Shown piece after piece: positions 1-13,792 of a stretch of 64,000 nucleotides of DNA. The notes under the pieces were generated by a model. It saw nothing but the letters and a program-made list of their open reading frames with translations. It made no database searches and had not been told where the DNA came from. Source of the DNA: Eledone cirrhosa (taxonomy: Eukaryota). A program made the position numbers and the translations under genes. Each line of letters opens with the position of its first letter. Position 1 is the first letter of the stretch. The stretch lies in the NCBI GenBank assembly GCA_964016885.1, contig OZ024753.1:6758001-6822000 (forward strand). Direction: 5' to 3'.

Positions 1-90
1 ATCGGTAGGAACCAGTATATATAGGTAAGAACCAGTATATATAGGTAGGAACCAGTATATATCGGTAGGAACCAGTATATATAGGTAGCA
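1..90. repeat. 20-bp tandem repeat (ATAGGTAGGAACCAGTATAT-like)
   Basis: About 4.5 visible units running into a SINE 3' tail at ~90-145. Confidence 0.85.
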
Positions 91-154
91 CCAGTAATGC
101 ACTGAGGTAATTGTTGGCCTTGCACCAAAAGTAGAAACAGTTATATAATATTTT

Positions 155-965
155 GTGTGACTGCGGCATCGAACTACAGACTACACAGCACCTCCTGATA
201 TGGCCCCTGCTGGAACACCCCTGTACAGTATTGGACTTGGCACGGTTTACTGAGAAAAGACAGCAATGTGTTTAGATGTGGCAGAGCTAAATCTAGCCAA
301 GATTTATACCTGACACTCTTGTGGACACGACAAGAAGACCTGCATATTAGATAATGTAGTCCTAGATACACTAAGTTTGATAGCTACTAATACTAACTAC
401 TCTACTGTACTGTACTGTACTGCAAAACTCACTCTTGCAAAATGAAGATATATAAAGGATGGGGACGTTGGGTGACTGCGGCTCGAACCACAGACTACGC
501 AGCACCTCCTGATATGTCCTCTGCTGGAACACCCCAGTACAGTATTGGACTTGGCACGGTTTACTGAGAAAAGACAGCAATGTGTTCAGCTGTGGCAGAG
601 CTAAATCTAGCCAATATTTATACCTGACACTCTTGTGGACACGACAAGAAGACCTGTATATTAGACAATGTAGTCCTAGATACACTAAGTTTGATAGCTA
701 CTAATACTAACTACTCTACTGTACTGTACTGTACTGCAAAACTCACTCTTGCAAAATGAAGATATATAAAGGATGGGGACGTTGTGTGACTGAGGCATCG
801 AACCACAGACTACGCAGCACCTCCTGATATGTCCCCTGCTGGAACACCCCAGTACAGTATTGGACTTGGCAGTGTTTAATGAGAAAGGATAGCAATGTGT
901 TCCGCTGTGGCGTAACCACACCTAGCTAAGCTTTGTAACTGAAACTTTTCTGGACGCGATAAGAA
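155..965. repeat. 314-bp tandem repeat, ~2.6 copies
   Basis: Units start at ~155, 469 and 783 (GTGACTGCGGCATCGAACCACAGAC...); a homologous array lies at ~40096-40655. Confidence 0.9.
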
Positions 966-1358
966 GAAGAATTAATTTCTGATAGGAAGAAATATAGATG
1001 ATAGTGTAACTACAAACATCAGACCATTCCATTCGACCCAGAATTAAATGAGGCCGATGGAATGTCAGAATGCATGTATGCATGAATTATTCCACGCTAA
1101 ATAGTTACCTTAGCTCTAAATATAACAATTATATTGCAATGTTTGCTATTTTCAAATAATATGTTTTGTTTCAGTATTTGTGCAGTTTCATTAAAGCTGA
1201 CAACTATAAATTTTCAATGCATTTCGCAATTTGTTTAAACTCTATACAAAAGAATAATTTAAATATTTTGCCTTCAAAACGTATAGAATATATTGTATTC
1301 GTTTAGAAGAATTGGTATAGATATCCAAGTGTCGACCTACAAAAATATACACACGCAC

Positions 1359-1369
<11 letters not shown>

Positions 1370-1392
<23 letters not shown>

Positions 1393-1462
1393 CACATTTA
1401 TACATATACATATATATACACATATATATATATGTCTGTGTGCATATATATGTATATGTATA

Positions 1463-1501
<39 letters not shown>

Positions 1502-1520
1502 AAGATATATATATATATAA

Positions 1521-1596
<76 letters not shown>

Positions 1597-1759
1597 GAAT
1601 GTGTGTGCATATATATGTTTATGCATAAATATATATATATATATACTTATATATATATATATGTATGTGTGTGCATATATATGTTTATGTATAAATAAAT
1701 ATATATATATATACACTTATATACATATATATGTATGTGTGTGCATATATATGTTTATG

Positions 1760-1791
<32 letters not shown>

Positions 1792-1836
1792 CACTTATAT
1801 ACATATATATTTATGTGTGTGCATATATATGTATAA

Positions 1837-1870
<34 letters not shown>

Positions 1871-1983
1871 ATATACTTATAAACATATATATTTATGTGT
1901 GTGCATATATATGTATAAATATATATATATATATATTCATATATATATATATATTCATACTTATATATGTATGTGTGTGCATA

Positions 1984-2020
<37 letters not shown>
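1370..2020. repeat. Compound (TA)n/(TG)n microsatellite
   Basis: Direct inspection. Confidence 0.95.
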
Positions 2021-2028
<8 letters not shown>

Positions 2029-2372
2029 GTGAGGTTTTTTTTACAAATTGAAAAATAACCGAGGTGTCCTACACGAGTGAAAGTATAAAGAAAAAGAGAT
2101 GAAATCGAAAATGCAACTGGTGTCTTATTTTTTTTTTAAATATATCTATTTATTTGGTTCCTTTACCGGTTTCGCAGTTCTTCTGCTTTTTAAAAGGTGA
2201 GTTGAGATGGAGGGTCTGTGGTGTTTCTCACATCAGATGTGAGAAAAACCACAGACCCTCCATCTCAACTCACCTTTTGAAAAGCAGAAGAACTGCGAAA
2301 CCTGTAAAGGAACCAAATAAATATATATATTTAAAAAAAAAATAAGACTCCAGTTGCATTTTCGATTTCATC

Positions 2373-2378
<6 letters not shown>
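2021..2378. mobile_element. Palindromic Penelope-like terminal insert, family A
   Basis: Inverted arms ~2091-2232 and ~2236-2378, plus an unpaired ~70-bp tail at left; flanked by (TA)n; second copy at 8722-8905. Confidence 0.75.
2273..2310 (+). ncRNA. Minimal type I hammerhead motif, U3-A8 variant (family A)
   Basis: CCTT-TTGAAAA-GCAG(aagaa)CTGC-GAAA-cctg-TA-AAGG; the loop reads CCGG in the mirror arm and in the 8826-8862 copy. Confidence 0.65.
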
Positions 2379-2448
<70 letters not shown>

Positions 2449-2822
2449 TTATATACATATATATGCATGTGTGTCCATATATATGTATATGTATAAATAT
2501 ATATATATATATTTATATATATATATACTTATATACATATATATATATTTATATATATATATATATACTTATATACATATATATATATATATATATATAC
2601 TTATATACATATATATATATATATATACTTATATACATATATATTTATATATATATATATATATATACTTATATACATATATATATACTTATATACATAT
2701 ATATGTATGTGTGTGGATATATATGCCTATGTATAAATATATATGTATAAATATATATATATATATTTATAAATATATATATACTTATATACATATATAT
2801 GTATGTGTGTGCATATATATGC

Positions 2823-2879
<57 letters not shown>

Positions 2880-2880
2880 T

Positions 2881-3393
2881 ACGATATTAACAAATGGAAA
2901 CTATATTTATAAAACCATATTTATTTCATTATACATATTTCAAGGACACCAAGTTAAATTATGGTGTGCTTTCATCAGATAAAATATAATAAAGATCAGT
3001 TTTATAAATAAATATTGTAGCCATCATGGCTTGTAGCATCTCATGGCAAAATAAACTGATAGGAGTAGATGACTTCGTAGAGACAGCGAAATGATAAATA
3101 CAACAACTACTAATAGTGTAAGAGAGAGAGGAAGAGAGTAGATGATTTGGTAGAGGGACAGCATGGGAAAAGAAAATTATTTATAAAACTGATCTATATT
3201 ATATTTCATCTGATGAAAGCACACCATAATTTAACTTGGTGTCCTTCAATTATGTATAATGAAATAAATATGGTTTTATAAATATAGTTTTCATTTGTTA
3301 ATATCGTATGTTTACTCCAAATATTTGTTGAGTGCTTTATATTAGTTATAAAAATATTTGGTTGTTGTATCCCAACAATTTAAATAGAACTTT
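2881..3393. mobile_element. Inverted-repeat Penelope-like terminal insert, family B
   Basis: Arms ~2881-3013 and ~3176-3307, ~160-bp spacer, tail 3308-3393; related copies at 42361, 51841 and 60633. Confidence 0.8.
2922..2986 (-). ncRNA. Type I hammerhead ribozyme motif (family B)
   Basis: Minus strand: TATTTTAT-CTGATGA-aagcacacca...tggtgtcctt-GAAA-T-ATGT-A-TA-ATGAAATA; the mirror copy at 3202-3266 has GAAA changed to CAAT. Confidence 0.75.
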
Positions 3394-3485
3394 TACACAC
3401 ACATATATATATGTATATATATATATATACATACACACATATATATATATATATACATATATATTTATACATATACATATATATG

Positions 3486-3546
<61 letters not shown>

Positions 3547-3580
3547 GAATGTGTGAGTCCATAACACCAATCAAACCCCT

Positions 3581-3640
3581 TTTATAGCTCTGACGAATCC
3601 TACGGTTACACGTAAGGAAGAAACATTGTTAGCCAATAAA
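3581..3640 (+). ncRNA. Type I hammerhead motif in a TA-flanked insert (~3547-3680)
   Basis: GCT-CTGACGA-atcctacg(gttaca)cgtaaggaa-GAAA-cattg-TT-AGC. Confidence 0.65.
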
Positions 3641-3770
3641 AATCTTTTGATGTTGTAGACGCTCTTGTGTTCTTTTTCATATATATACATATATATTATA
3701 TTATATTCATTTATACATATACACATATATACACACACACATATATGTGTGTGTCTGTGTGTGTGGGTAA

Positions 3771-3817
<47 letters not shown>

Positions 3818-3900
3818 AAATATATATATATATATATACACACACAAATTATATATATTCATACATACATATATGTAAGTAAGTATATATATATATATAT

Positions 3901-4012
3901 ATTTATTAAAATAACAGATTAAAGTCTAAGCAAAGAATCGCTGCTTTCACCCTTAACGGGATCTTCATCGAGCCCTCTTTGGATTTTAGTCTTCAATTTT
4001 ATTATTATTACT
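3901..4012. mobile_element. Penelope-like terminal insert, family C
   Basis: TA-flanked; homologous to 34273-34420, 42564-42795 and 52325-52435; degenerate GAAGA...GAAA core on the minus strand. Confidence 0.6.
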
Positions 4013-4103
4013 ATATATATATATATATATATATTATATTCATTTATACATATACACATATATACACACACACATATATGTGTGTGTCTGTGTGTGTGGG
4101 TAA

Positions 4104-4152
<49 letters not shown>

Positions 4153-4389
4153 AAATATATATATATATATACACACACAAATTATATATATTCATACATA
4201 CATATATGTAAGTAAGTATATATATATATATATATATGCACTTACATGTGTATGTTTTAATTGATTGGAGGACATTTCTAGTTTATATAATTAATTATTC
4301 CTGGTGTAATTTTCAGCAATACAAAATATTTCTCCATGATTGTTTATCATGGTTTAACCCTTGTAGTTCCTTACTTTTATTGTCGCCAT

Positions 4390-5285
4390 TATCACTGCCA
4401 TCACCATCACCATCACCACCACCATTACTGCAAACATCATCACCATCATCAACACATCACCATCACCATCACCATCACCATTACTGCAAACATCATCACT
4501 GCCATCACCATCACCATCACCATTACTGCAAACATCATCACCATCATCAACACATCACCATCACCATCACCATCACCATTACTGCAAACATCATCACTGC
4601 CATCACCATCACCATTACTGCAAACATCATCACCACCATCACCATCACCATTACTGCAAACATCATCACTGCCATCACCATCACCATTACTGCAAACATC
4701 ATCACCATCACCATCACCATTACTGCAAACCTCATCACCATCATCAACACATCACCATCACCATTACTGCAAACCTCATCACCATCACCATCACCATTAC
4801 TGCAAACCTCATCACCATCACCATCACCATTACTGCAAACATCATCAGCATCATCAACATCCTCACCTTCATCGTCACGGTCACTACTAACATCATCATC
4901 AGCCGCAGCACTGCCAATATCGTCATCACCATCATCATCACCGGCACTACCAATATCGTCATCACCATCATCATCACCAAAACCATCACCAGCACTGCCA
5001 ATATCGTCATCACCATCATCATCACCAACACCATCACCAGCACTACCAATATCGTCATCACAATCATCATCACCAACATCATCACCAGCACTACCAATAT
5101 CGTCATCACCATCATCATCACCAACACCATCACCAGCACTACCAATATCGTCATCACCATCATCATCACCAACATCATCACTAGCACTGCCAATATCGTC
5201 ATCATCATCACCATCATTATCACTACCATTACCATCACCAACCATCACCACCATCATCATCACCATCACCATTATTATCATCACC
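4390..5285. repeat. (CAT/CAC)n trinucleotide-derived repeat with higher-order units
   Basis: Recurrent CACCATTACTGCAAACATCAT and CACTACCAATATCGTCATCACC units. Confidence 0.9.
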
Positions 5286-5498
5286 ATCGGTTGTTGATGT
5301 TGCTGTTGGTATTTTTTGTTTTTATTATTGTTGCTGTTGGTATTGTTGCTGTTGTTGTTGGTGGTATTGTTTTTATTGTTGCTGTTGGTGGTATTGTTGT
5401 TTGATGTGGTTGATAGTGATGATGATGTTTATGTCGGCAGTGGGAGATGTCCTGGTGATGTTGACGAAGACAACAGGCGGATATTAACCATGTTTTTC

Positions 5499-5547
<49 letters not shown>

Positions 5548-6518
5548 CAAATGAATATATGATAGGGATAAACACTAATACAAGTATACATGTGTTTGCA
5601 TTACAAATGACTGAGTTAGCTAGATTGAAAAATACTAATTAAAATAATACGCTTTGCCTGTCTCGATTTAAAATAATAAATCAGTAAAAACAAACCTATA
5701 TTGGCAACAGCCGTGATACCTGGACAAATTTTAAATTTTAAATTTTAAATTTGTTTCGCAACAATTAAGTGAAAATTCCTATTCCTGTGGTCTTCTGCAG
5801 ATATCCAGAAATTGGTAAGTTTCAGTTCAAAATAATTAAGACTGAGAGAAATGTGTTGTTGAACGCACATGTGTTACAGCGACTAGCATGTTTCATTCTC
5901 GTGCCGCTAAAAATAGCAGCCGATTTTATGGGACTAAAAATTAGCTCACGTATGGAGCCGAGAATATTATATATAGAGTTATTTGCAATGCAAACGCATG
6001 TATACTTGTATCAGTGTTTATCCCTATCATATATTCATTTGTATTACACAGCACATAAATATTCCTTTCTTTGAGCTATTTAATTGTAAAAGAATATTTG
6101 AGTTTATAACTCTATATATAATATATATATATATTATATATATATATATTTCAAAACGAACCAAAACCAAACAGCAATGTCTAAAAATGGTTTAGAATGG
6201 AAAATACACTGTTAAAGTATTTGGAATGTTCTGGAAAAAAATCATGATTTCCCTAAAGGTAAGTTTAGTAAATATAGATTCTCTGTCATACATCACACCG
6301 TTGATTTCGTCTCCAGTTTGTTTTTTATCATCGTGCGTTTATTTCTCATTGTTCATGTCTCTTTCTTTAATTCTATCATTTCTCTTCTCTTCCATTATTT
6401 AAATTATATACATATCTTCTACACCTATATACACACGGCACCAACAAATACACTTCATATTTTACACAAATAACGGAAATACACATACACACACAGACAG
6501 ACATACACACACACACAC

Positions 6519-6592
<74 letters not shown>

Positions 6593-6768
6593 GTATATAA
6601 CCACATCCATAGAGAAATAGGCCTACGCACATCCTTTTTCATTTCTTAATTTTAATAATAATAACAATAATAAAAATAAATATACATATATATATTATAT
6701 ACATATATATAATACATATGTGTATGCATATAAATATATATATATGTGTGACTAAACGTTTCGTATAT

Positions 6769-6828
<60 letters not shown>

Positions 6829-6889
6829 AAAGGTAAACAGTATATGGAAGGTATATATTAGGTTAACGCTTGATATAGCAGGAAGAGGG

Positions 6890-6926
6890 TCTTAACGTTT
6901 CGGACTGCTAGTCCTTCATCAGAAGA
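6890..6926 (-). ncRNA. Minimal hammerhead motif (family D, insert ~6826-7020)
   Basis: Minus strand: TCTT-CTGATGA-a-GGAC(tagca)GTCC-GAAA-CG-TT-AAGA; palindromic AACGTT stem III. Confidence 0.75.
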
Positions 6927-7039
6927 AAGAATGAGAAATAAAATAGATTAAGGGGACGGGCGGGATGGAATTGGAAAAAATGTCTTTAGATAAAAATAAC
7001 AGGTCTATTCATGTTGACATTTCACAGACCGGAATTTCA

Positions 7040-7087
<48 letters not shown>

Positions 7088-7090
<3 letters not shown>

Positions 7091-7275
7091 AACGAGTAGG
7101 ACCCCGCCGGCTGAGCTCAAGCCGTTTCGACGGCTAATTCTGAATTAGCCGTCGAAACGGCTTGAGCTCAGCCGTCGGGGTCCTACTCGTTCCTATTACC
7201 CACTCTACTACCCTAAGTATTGAGTACTTTGGTGCGTTATGGTCCACCTGGTTCCTTACCACATTTCCCCCGTTA
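7088..7275. mobile_element. Palindromic insert, family E, carrying the 3' half of a hammerhead
   Basis: Hairpin ~7088-7195 centred at ~7141; GAAA-cggct(tgagctc)agccg-TC gives a GUC site; tail 7196-7275; copies at 59320 and 60910, tail only at ~34432. Confidence 0.75.
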
Positions 7276-7325
7276 TATATATATATATATATATATACAG
7301 AACGGAATTTCACTATATATACATA

Positions 7326-7506
7326 TAATTGTTTCTACTTTTGGCACAAGGCGGCCAGCGATTTCCCCAGTACATTACTGGTACTTTAATTTATCGATGC
7401 CGTAAGGCTGAAAGGCAAAGTTAATCTCCGCGGGATTTGAACTCAGATCATAAAGGGCCGTGAAAGCATGCCATCAGACCCTCTACCGATACTGCCAATC
7501 CACCAC
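7326..7506 (-). mobile_element. tRNA-derived SINE (main family)
   Basis: A-box TGGCAGTATCGG, B-box GTTCAAATCC, central GCCTTTCATCCTTACGGGGTCGATAAA-like segment, 3' AAAGTAGAAACAATTAT. Confidence 0.85.
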
Positions 7507-7588
7507 TGTATATACATACAATGCATGTGTGTGTGTAAATATCTGCTTATCATAAAAATTAGCATTGCATATACACAACTGGCAGTGT

Positions 7589-7678
<90 letters not shown>

Positions 7679-8681
7679 ATATATGTGCCTGTATATACTT
7701 TAACATACGTCCAGCTGCGTGTGTATGTATGGCATAGGTGTTTTATTAACATTTTTCTATTGATTAAAATCTAAAATAAAAATGCCTTAGAATTTTCAAT
7801 ATATAAGCTGAAAAAAATGTGTCATTTTCAGCAGTGGCTGATATACTTGATAAATGAACGTATGCTTATAGTCGCCATTTTGTTTTCGTGCTGATATATT
7901 TTCTGCGTGACTTGCTGTTTTTGCTTCCATTGTTGTTCTTCTATTGTTTACTGATGCTAGTATGGTTTTAATAGTGATACTTGTAGATGATGATGTAGTT
8001 AGTGTAAATGGTGTAACGCATCTACGTGTCTAGTCTCTTGTTATATATAGTGTCGTAAATATGTATGTGTGTGTGTGTATGTGTGTGTGTGTATGTGTGT
8101 ATATATATGTATGTATATATATATATATATATATATGGGTGTGTGTGTATATATATATGCGTGTGTGTGTGTATATATATATGTATATATATGTGTGTGT
8201 GTGTGTATGTTTGTATATTTAAAGTTACATACGTACACACACACACGTTAATATATGCAATGTCTACGTATATATATATATATATGAATGCATATATATA
8301 CATGCATATATATATATATATATATACATGCATACATAAAAGTATTCAAACTAGTAAATCCATGAAATATTATCTATTTTATTACAGAGTAAATAAATTA
8401 TTTTTCGCAGAAAAACACGGAGGTTTTCACTGGGAAGTTGAAAATGTAATTGTGCACATGCAAACCTGAATTGCGTACGTAGGCTGGACTGGTGTGACAT
8501 CATCAGCAGGAATTGTCGACACTTCACACATAATCCTGCTACGTTGGATATTATTCACGGATTGTAGTAACAGTTTGTGGGCCAATAGACTCAAAGGATC
8601 GAAAACAGAATGTTACTCTACCATTTTAGAGATGGAATATTTATACCCTCCAAGAAAGCACTCAAATATTATTATTGTTAT

Positions 8682-8721
<40 letters not shown>

Positions 8722-8729
<8 letters not shown>

Positions 8730-8899
8730 GTGAGGGTTTTTTTTTTTTTTACAAAATGAAAAATAACCGAGGGTCTGTGGTTTTTCAGATGTGAGAAAAA
8801 CCACAGACCCTCCATCTCAATACTACTTTTGAAAAGCAGAAGAACTGCGAAACCGGTAAAGGAAGCAAATAAATATATATTTTTAAAAAAAGACTCTTT

Positions 8900-8905
<6 letters not shown>
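8722..8905. mobile_element. Family A insert with hammerhead motif at 8826-8862 (+)
   Basis: Same tail start (ATTAGAAAGTGAGG) as at 2021; CTT-TTGAAAA-GCAG..CTGC-GAAA-CCGG-TA-AAG. Confidence 0.7.
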
Positions 8906-8930
<25 letters not shown>

Positions 8931-8931
<1 letters not shown>

Positions 8932-9136
8932 TAGTGTTACAAGGTAAGGAGACACAAACAAGATATGGAGAGTACCCCTTCGTTAGTAATTTACTACGGG
9001 TCAGGGACACATGCGCCGAAACATCCGTGACCCGTAGTAAACTACTGTGAATGGAGACTGTCCATCTCTTGTTTGTGTCTCTTTACCTTCTAACACTCGT
9101 TATCAGTAACCAGACATCCCCTGCTCTCAATCCATA

Positions 9137-9137
<1 letters not shown>
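8931..9137. mobile_element. Inverted-repeat insert, family F
   Basis: Outer arms ~8933-8973 and ~9057-9098; inner hairpin TTTACTACGGGTCA..TGACCCGTAGTAAA; partial copy at 27514-27626. Confidence 0.6.
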
Positions 9138-9169
<32 letters not shown>

Positions 9170-9867
9170 CAGTTTCCAAAACAAATACATGGTACCTATA
9201 TAGGGGTTTGTTGAATGTTCAAGTATAATAATATTTGAATTTTAGCTTTGGTTAGTTCCAATGATGGAAGAGCGGTAATGTCTGATAGTTATGTATGAGA
9301 AAAGTCTATTTGAGTAAAAATATTTTTCTCATACTTTCCTTTAAACCAAATCAACTTTGGGGATGCATTCATGCATTAAATTAATAAACCATGATGTTTA
9401 TTTAGTTGATTGAGTGCTCAGGAAGGGAGAGGGTGGAAAATATTGATTAAGGTGGTTTTGTTAATTGTATTTTCGGGACGCTAGTAAATTCAATAAAAGA
9501 ATCAACTTATAACCCTAAATTGTGTAGGGGCACATAACGAAATTTATTTGTCTATTGATCTTTCAAGTGAAAATTTTAGGGAATGGAGTCTAAGTGCGAG
9601 AATTAGATAATATTGCAAAGCTAGACAAAAATATGATATTTATATGAAACAAAAGAAGGGGAAGTATTGAAAGAAAGAGAGAAAGAGGGGAGGGAAGATG
9701 GGAGGGGAAGATTCTACACTCTAGTCTGATTGATGAATCCACAAAACCCCGTAGACAGAATGGTGTAGACATTGCTTCAGAGAAATGCTAGCAGAACCCG
9801 CTACACTAGACACCATACCCCAAGGGCCAGCTGCTGTCTTTCTGAGTGCTAGAAACAAAAAGTGTAT

Positions 9868-10042
9868 ACAGTCAAATCCGTTATAACGAAATTCATGGGG
9901 TATAAACAAATTTGTTGTAACGAAAAATTCTTTTTAACGAAATCGACCTAACATGTCCAGCGTGTGGCAAGGGATCGATAAAAAATTTCGTTATATTGAA
10001 AAATCTATTATAAGGATATTCGTTATAACGGAATTTTACCTG
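9868..10042. mobile_element. Tc1/mariner (Tigger-like) MITE
   Basis: CAG...CTG ends flanked by TA; imperfect TIR with CCGTTATAACG; related copies at ~23562, 27445 and 52466-52636. Confidence 0.7.
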
Positions 10043-10063
10043 TATTACTATCATTATTGTTAT

Positions 10064-10250
10064 TGGATTGACAGTATCGGTAGAGGGCCGGACACCATGC
10101 TTTCCAGCATAGTTACGTCCCTTTTACGGTCTGAGTTATAATCCTGTCTGGTTAACTTTGCCTTTCATCGTTAAGGGGTCGATAAAATAAAGTACCAGTA
10201 ATACACGGGGATAATTGCTGGCCTTTGCCTAAAAGTAGAAACAATTATTA
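10064..10250 (+). mobile_element. tRNA-derived SINE, followed by an inverted fragment to ~10312
   Basis: Matches the family consensus. Confidence 0.85.
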
Positions 10251-11629
10251 TTACTGGTACTTTATTGTATCGACCTCGTAAGGATGAAGTTAACCTCGGT
10301 GGGATGTGAACTGTTATTCGAACTGCTATAGCATATTTAAGTTCCCACACTCACAAAATCAAATACTGTATATTCCACAAAAAAAGAAACATTTCTTCAC
10401 AGGAGAGTTGCTTCCCCTGGATCGAAAAGAAAATAACTGAAGACGAGAGATTGAGTACCACTGGTCGGATGGGAAATATGTGAAGAACTCCCAGAATATT
10501 GTTTGTTGAGCTTCCAAAAGTGGGGCAGTAAATAGGGTTGGAAATCATGCGTGATAGTTTATCCCCTAGCTAGTAATAGGATTAAAATTCTTACATACCT
10601 TGCTATGTATTCAATGGTAATGATAACCCTCGGCGTTATCCCCTTAGCTATCAAGGGATCAATTTTCCTTTGGAGATCCAACAGTTTTTTACTTTAAGGA
10701 ATTCATTTTATTTTATACATGGATATTATACTTCCCATCATCATCACCATAATCAACATTTTACGTACATTATTCTACGCTTGCAATGGTTAGATGGGTT
10801 GTCCTGTTGTCGATAAAATAAAGTACCTGAAATGCACTGGGACAATTGCTGGCCTTGTACCAAAAAGTAGAAACGATTATTGATAACCCATAGTTTTAAA
10901 TATAACAAAGTTTCACTATCATTGAAAACTTAAAGTTATTACTGTAGTTGAAATTATTTTGAACCTTCACGTTTGAACCTTCACGTTTGAACATTCACGT
11001 TTGAACATTCACGTTTTTACGCGCGTTCTTCGGTTTTCAATTCTGTTCTTATTTTATTTTCTGTTTAATTCCAGCTATATTAATAATTACATGGCCTACA
11101 TCTTAAGCAAATCTGTCCCGCTCATGTAAATAAAAAAAACATCAGTATTTATCGATCTGTCATATTTCTGGGTCTACATAAGAATAACCTCGTCGCAATA
11201 CATTATGCTGTATAGTTGACTAGCGTTCCGTAACAACTCCATAAGTGACATGGTTAAGAATAAAGGAATATTTTATTCCCATAATCGTAAAGAAAAAAAA
11301 CACAACATAAAACAAAATATACAACCCCCCAAAACATATCTGAATAAAACGTTTGACAGTAGATAAGACAAGATAGATATGGTAGAACCAACATTTCAAA
11401 TGAAAATACAAAAAAAAACAAAACAAATTGAGAAAAAAATAACACACACACAAGCACCTAAAAAAAATCAAAATGGCGAACGAATGAAACTTAAAAAAGG
11501 AAAAGAGAACTACTTTATAACTCTGTCAGAAAATGATATTCGGAGCATATGAGTAGATTTCAACCGAAAATGGTTGACACGCTAATGTAAGTACCGCCAT
11601 CAACTGTCATGATGGAATTCTTTGAAATA

Positions 11630-12180
11630 AGTGTATATAAGTATATATAAGTATATATAAGTGTATATAAGTATATATAAGTGTATATAAGTATATATAA
11701 GTATATATAAGTGTATATAAGTATATATAAGTGTATATAAGTATATATAAGTATATATAAGTATATATAAGCATATATAAGTATATATAAGCATATATAC
11801 GTATATATAAGCATATATAATATATATTAGTATATATAAATACATATAAGCATATATAAGTATATATAAGCATATATATGTATATATAAGTATATATAAG
11901 TATATATAAATACATATAAGCATATATAAGTACATATAAGCATATATAAGTATATATAAGTACATATAAGTATATATAAGTACATATAAGCATATATAAA
12001 TATATATAATTATATATATAATTATATATAAGTATATATAAGTATATATAAATAAATATAAGCATATATAAGTATATATAAGTATATATAAATAAATATA
12101 AGCATATATAAGTATATATAAGTATATATAAATAAATATAAGCATATATAAGTATATATAAGTATATATATAAGTATATA
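11630..12180. repeat. 10-bp minisatellite (GTATATATAA/GCATATATAA)n
   Basis: Direct inspection. Confidence 0.95.
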
Positions 12181-12439
12181 AATATGTTAATAAAGAAGTA
12201 AATATATAAGTAAAAAATAGATAAAATGAAAATAAATAAACAAAAGGGTTCATAACTCTCAGATAAAAGACAGTCGTACTTTTCTGTTCTTTATAATCAG
12301 TCATACATAAGACATCTTGTTGTTGTTGTTGTGGTTGTTAATGTTTTATGTCTTTTACTGAGAAAGTAAGATATCACAGTATGATGCTGACGGTGATGAT
12401 AGTGATGATTATCATGTTGATAACGATGTGCTTGATGGC

Positions 12440-13070
12440 GAATATGATATGACACCGATGATGATGATGATGATAATGATGATGACGACAACACTGATGA
12501 TCATCATCATCATCATGACAACGACGACAACGATGATGATGCTGATGATGATGATGACTACGACGACAAGACTGATGATGATGATGGCTACGGCGACAAT
12601 GACGACGGCAAGACCGATGATGATGATGATGATGATAATGGCGATGGTGACTACGACGACAAGACCGATGGTGATGACTACGGCGACAAGACCGATGGTG
12701 ATGACTACGACGATAACGACGACAACGACAAGACCGATGGTGATGACTACGACGATAACGACGACAACGACAAGACTGATGGTGATGACTACGACGATAA
12801 CAACGACAACGAAAAGACCGATGATGATGATGATGGTGATGATGCTGAAAATGGCGGTGATTATGATGGTGATGATATGGTGGTGGTGATGATGATGATC
12901 GCGACGGCGGTGATGATGATGATGATAGTGTTGGTGATGATGAAGGCGATGGTGACGACAACAAAGATGAGGATGGCGGTGACGATGAGAGGAAGTGGAT
13001 GAGGTTGACGGTGATGACGACGATGATGATGATAAGACTTATGACAAGAACGATAAGGACAACGGTGGCG
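12440..13070. repeat. (GAT/GAC)n-derived low-complexity repeat
   Basis: Direct inspection. Confidence 0.9.
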
Positions 13071-13073
13071 ATA

Positions 13074-13792
13074 ATAATTGTTTCTACGTTTGGCACAAGG
13101 CCAGCAATTACCCCAGTGTATTACTGGTACTTTATTTTATCGACCCCGTAAGGATGAAAGGCAAAGTCAACCTCGGCGGGATTTGAACTCATACCGTAAA
13201 GGGACATAACTCTACTGGAAAGCATGGCGTCCGACTCTCAATAACGATAGCTGTTATGATGATGACGATGACCACAATAACGGTAACAACAACAACCATA
13301 ATAGTTGCTTCTACTTTAGGCACAAGGCCAGCAATTACCCAGTGTATTACTGGTACTTTATTTTATCGACCCCCGTAAGGATGAAAAGTAAAGTTAACCT
13401 CGGCGGGATTTGAACTCAGAATGGCAAGGGCCGTAACTCTATACGTCAAAGCATGGCGTCCGACCCTCTACCGATACTGCCAACCCACCGCCCTCAACAA
13501 CAACCATAATAATGATAGTAACAACAATGATATGGATAATGATGATGATGATGATGATGATAACGACGACGACGATTTCATTCTTTATATTTTAATAATA
13601 ACAAAAATAATTGTTCTACTTTTTGGCACAAGGCCAGCAATCACCCCAGTGTATTACTGGTACTTTATTTTATCGACCCCCCCGAAAGGATGAAAGGCAA
13701 AGTTAACCGCGACGGGATTTGAACTGGGACCGTAAAGGGCCGTAACTCTGTGCTGCAAAGCATGGCGTCCGACCCTCTACTGATACTGGCAA
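13074..13792 (-). mobile_element. Three tRNA-derived SINE copies (~13074-13240, 13300-13492, 13608-13792)
   Basis: Each matches the reverse complement of the family consensus. Confidence 0.9.

Noticed and set aside
155-965. Retrozyme interpretation of the 314-bp tandem repeat
   Set aside because: The size fits, but no CUGANGA/GAAA core with stems was found on either strand
4236-5297. 353-aa His/Ser/Pro/Thr-rich ORF, and similar ORFs at 12374-14887
   Set aside because: Trinucleotide repeats open in several frames on both strands; no domain or splice support
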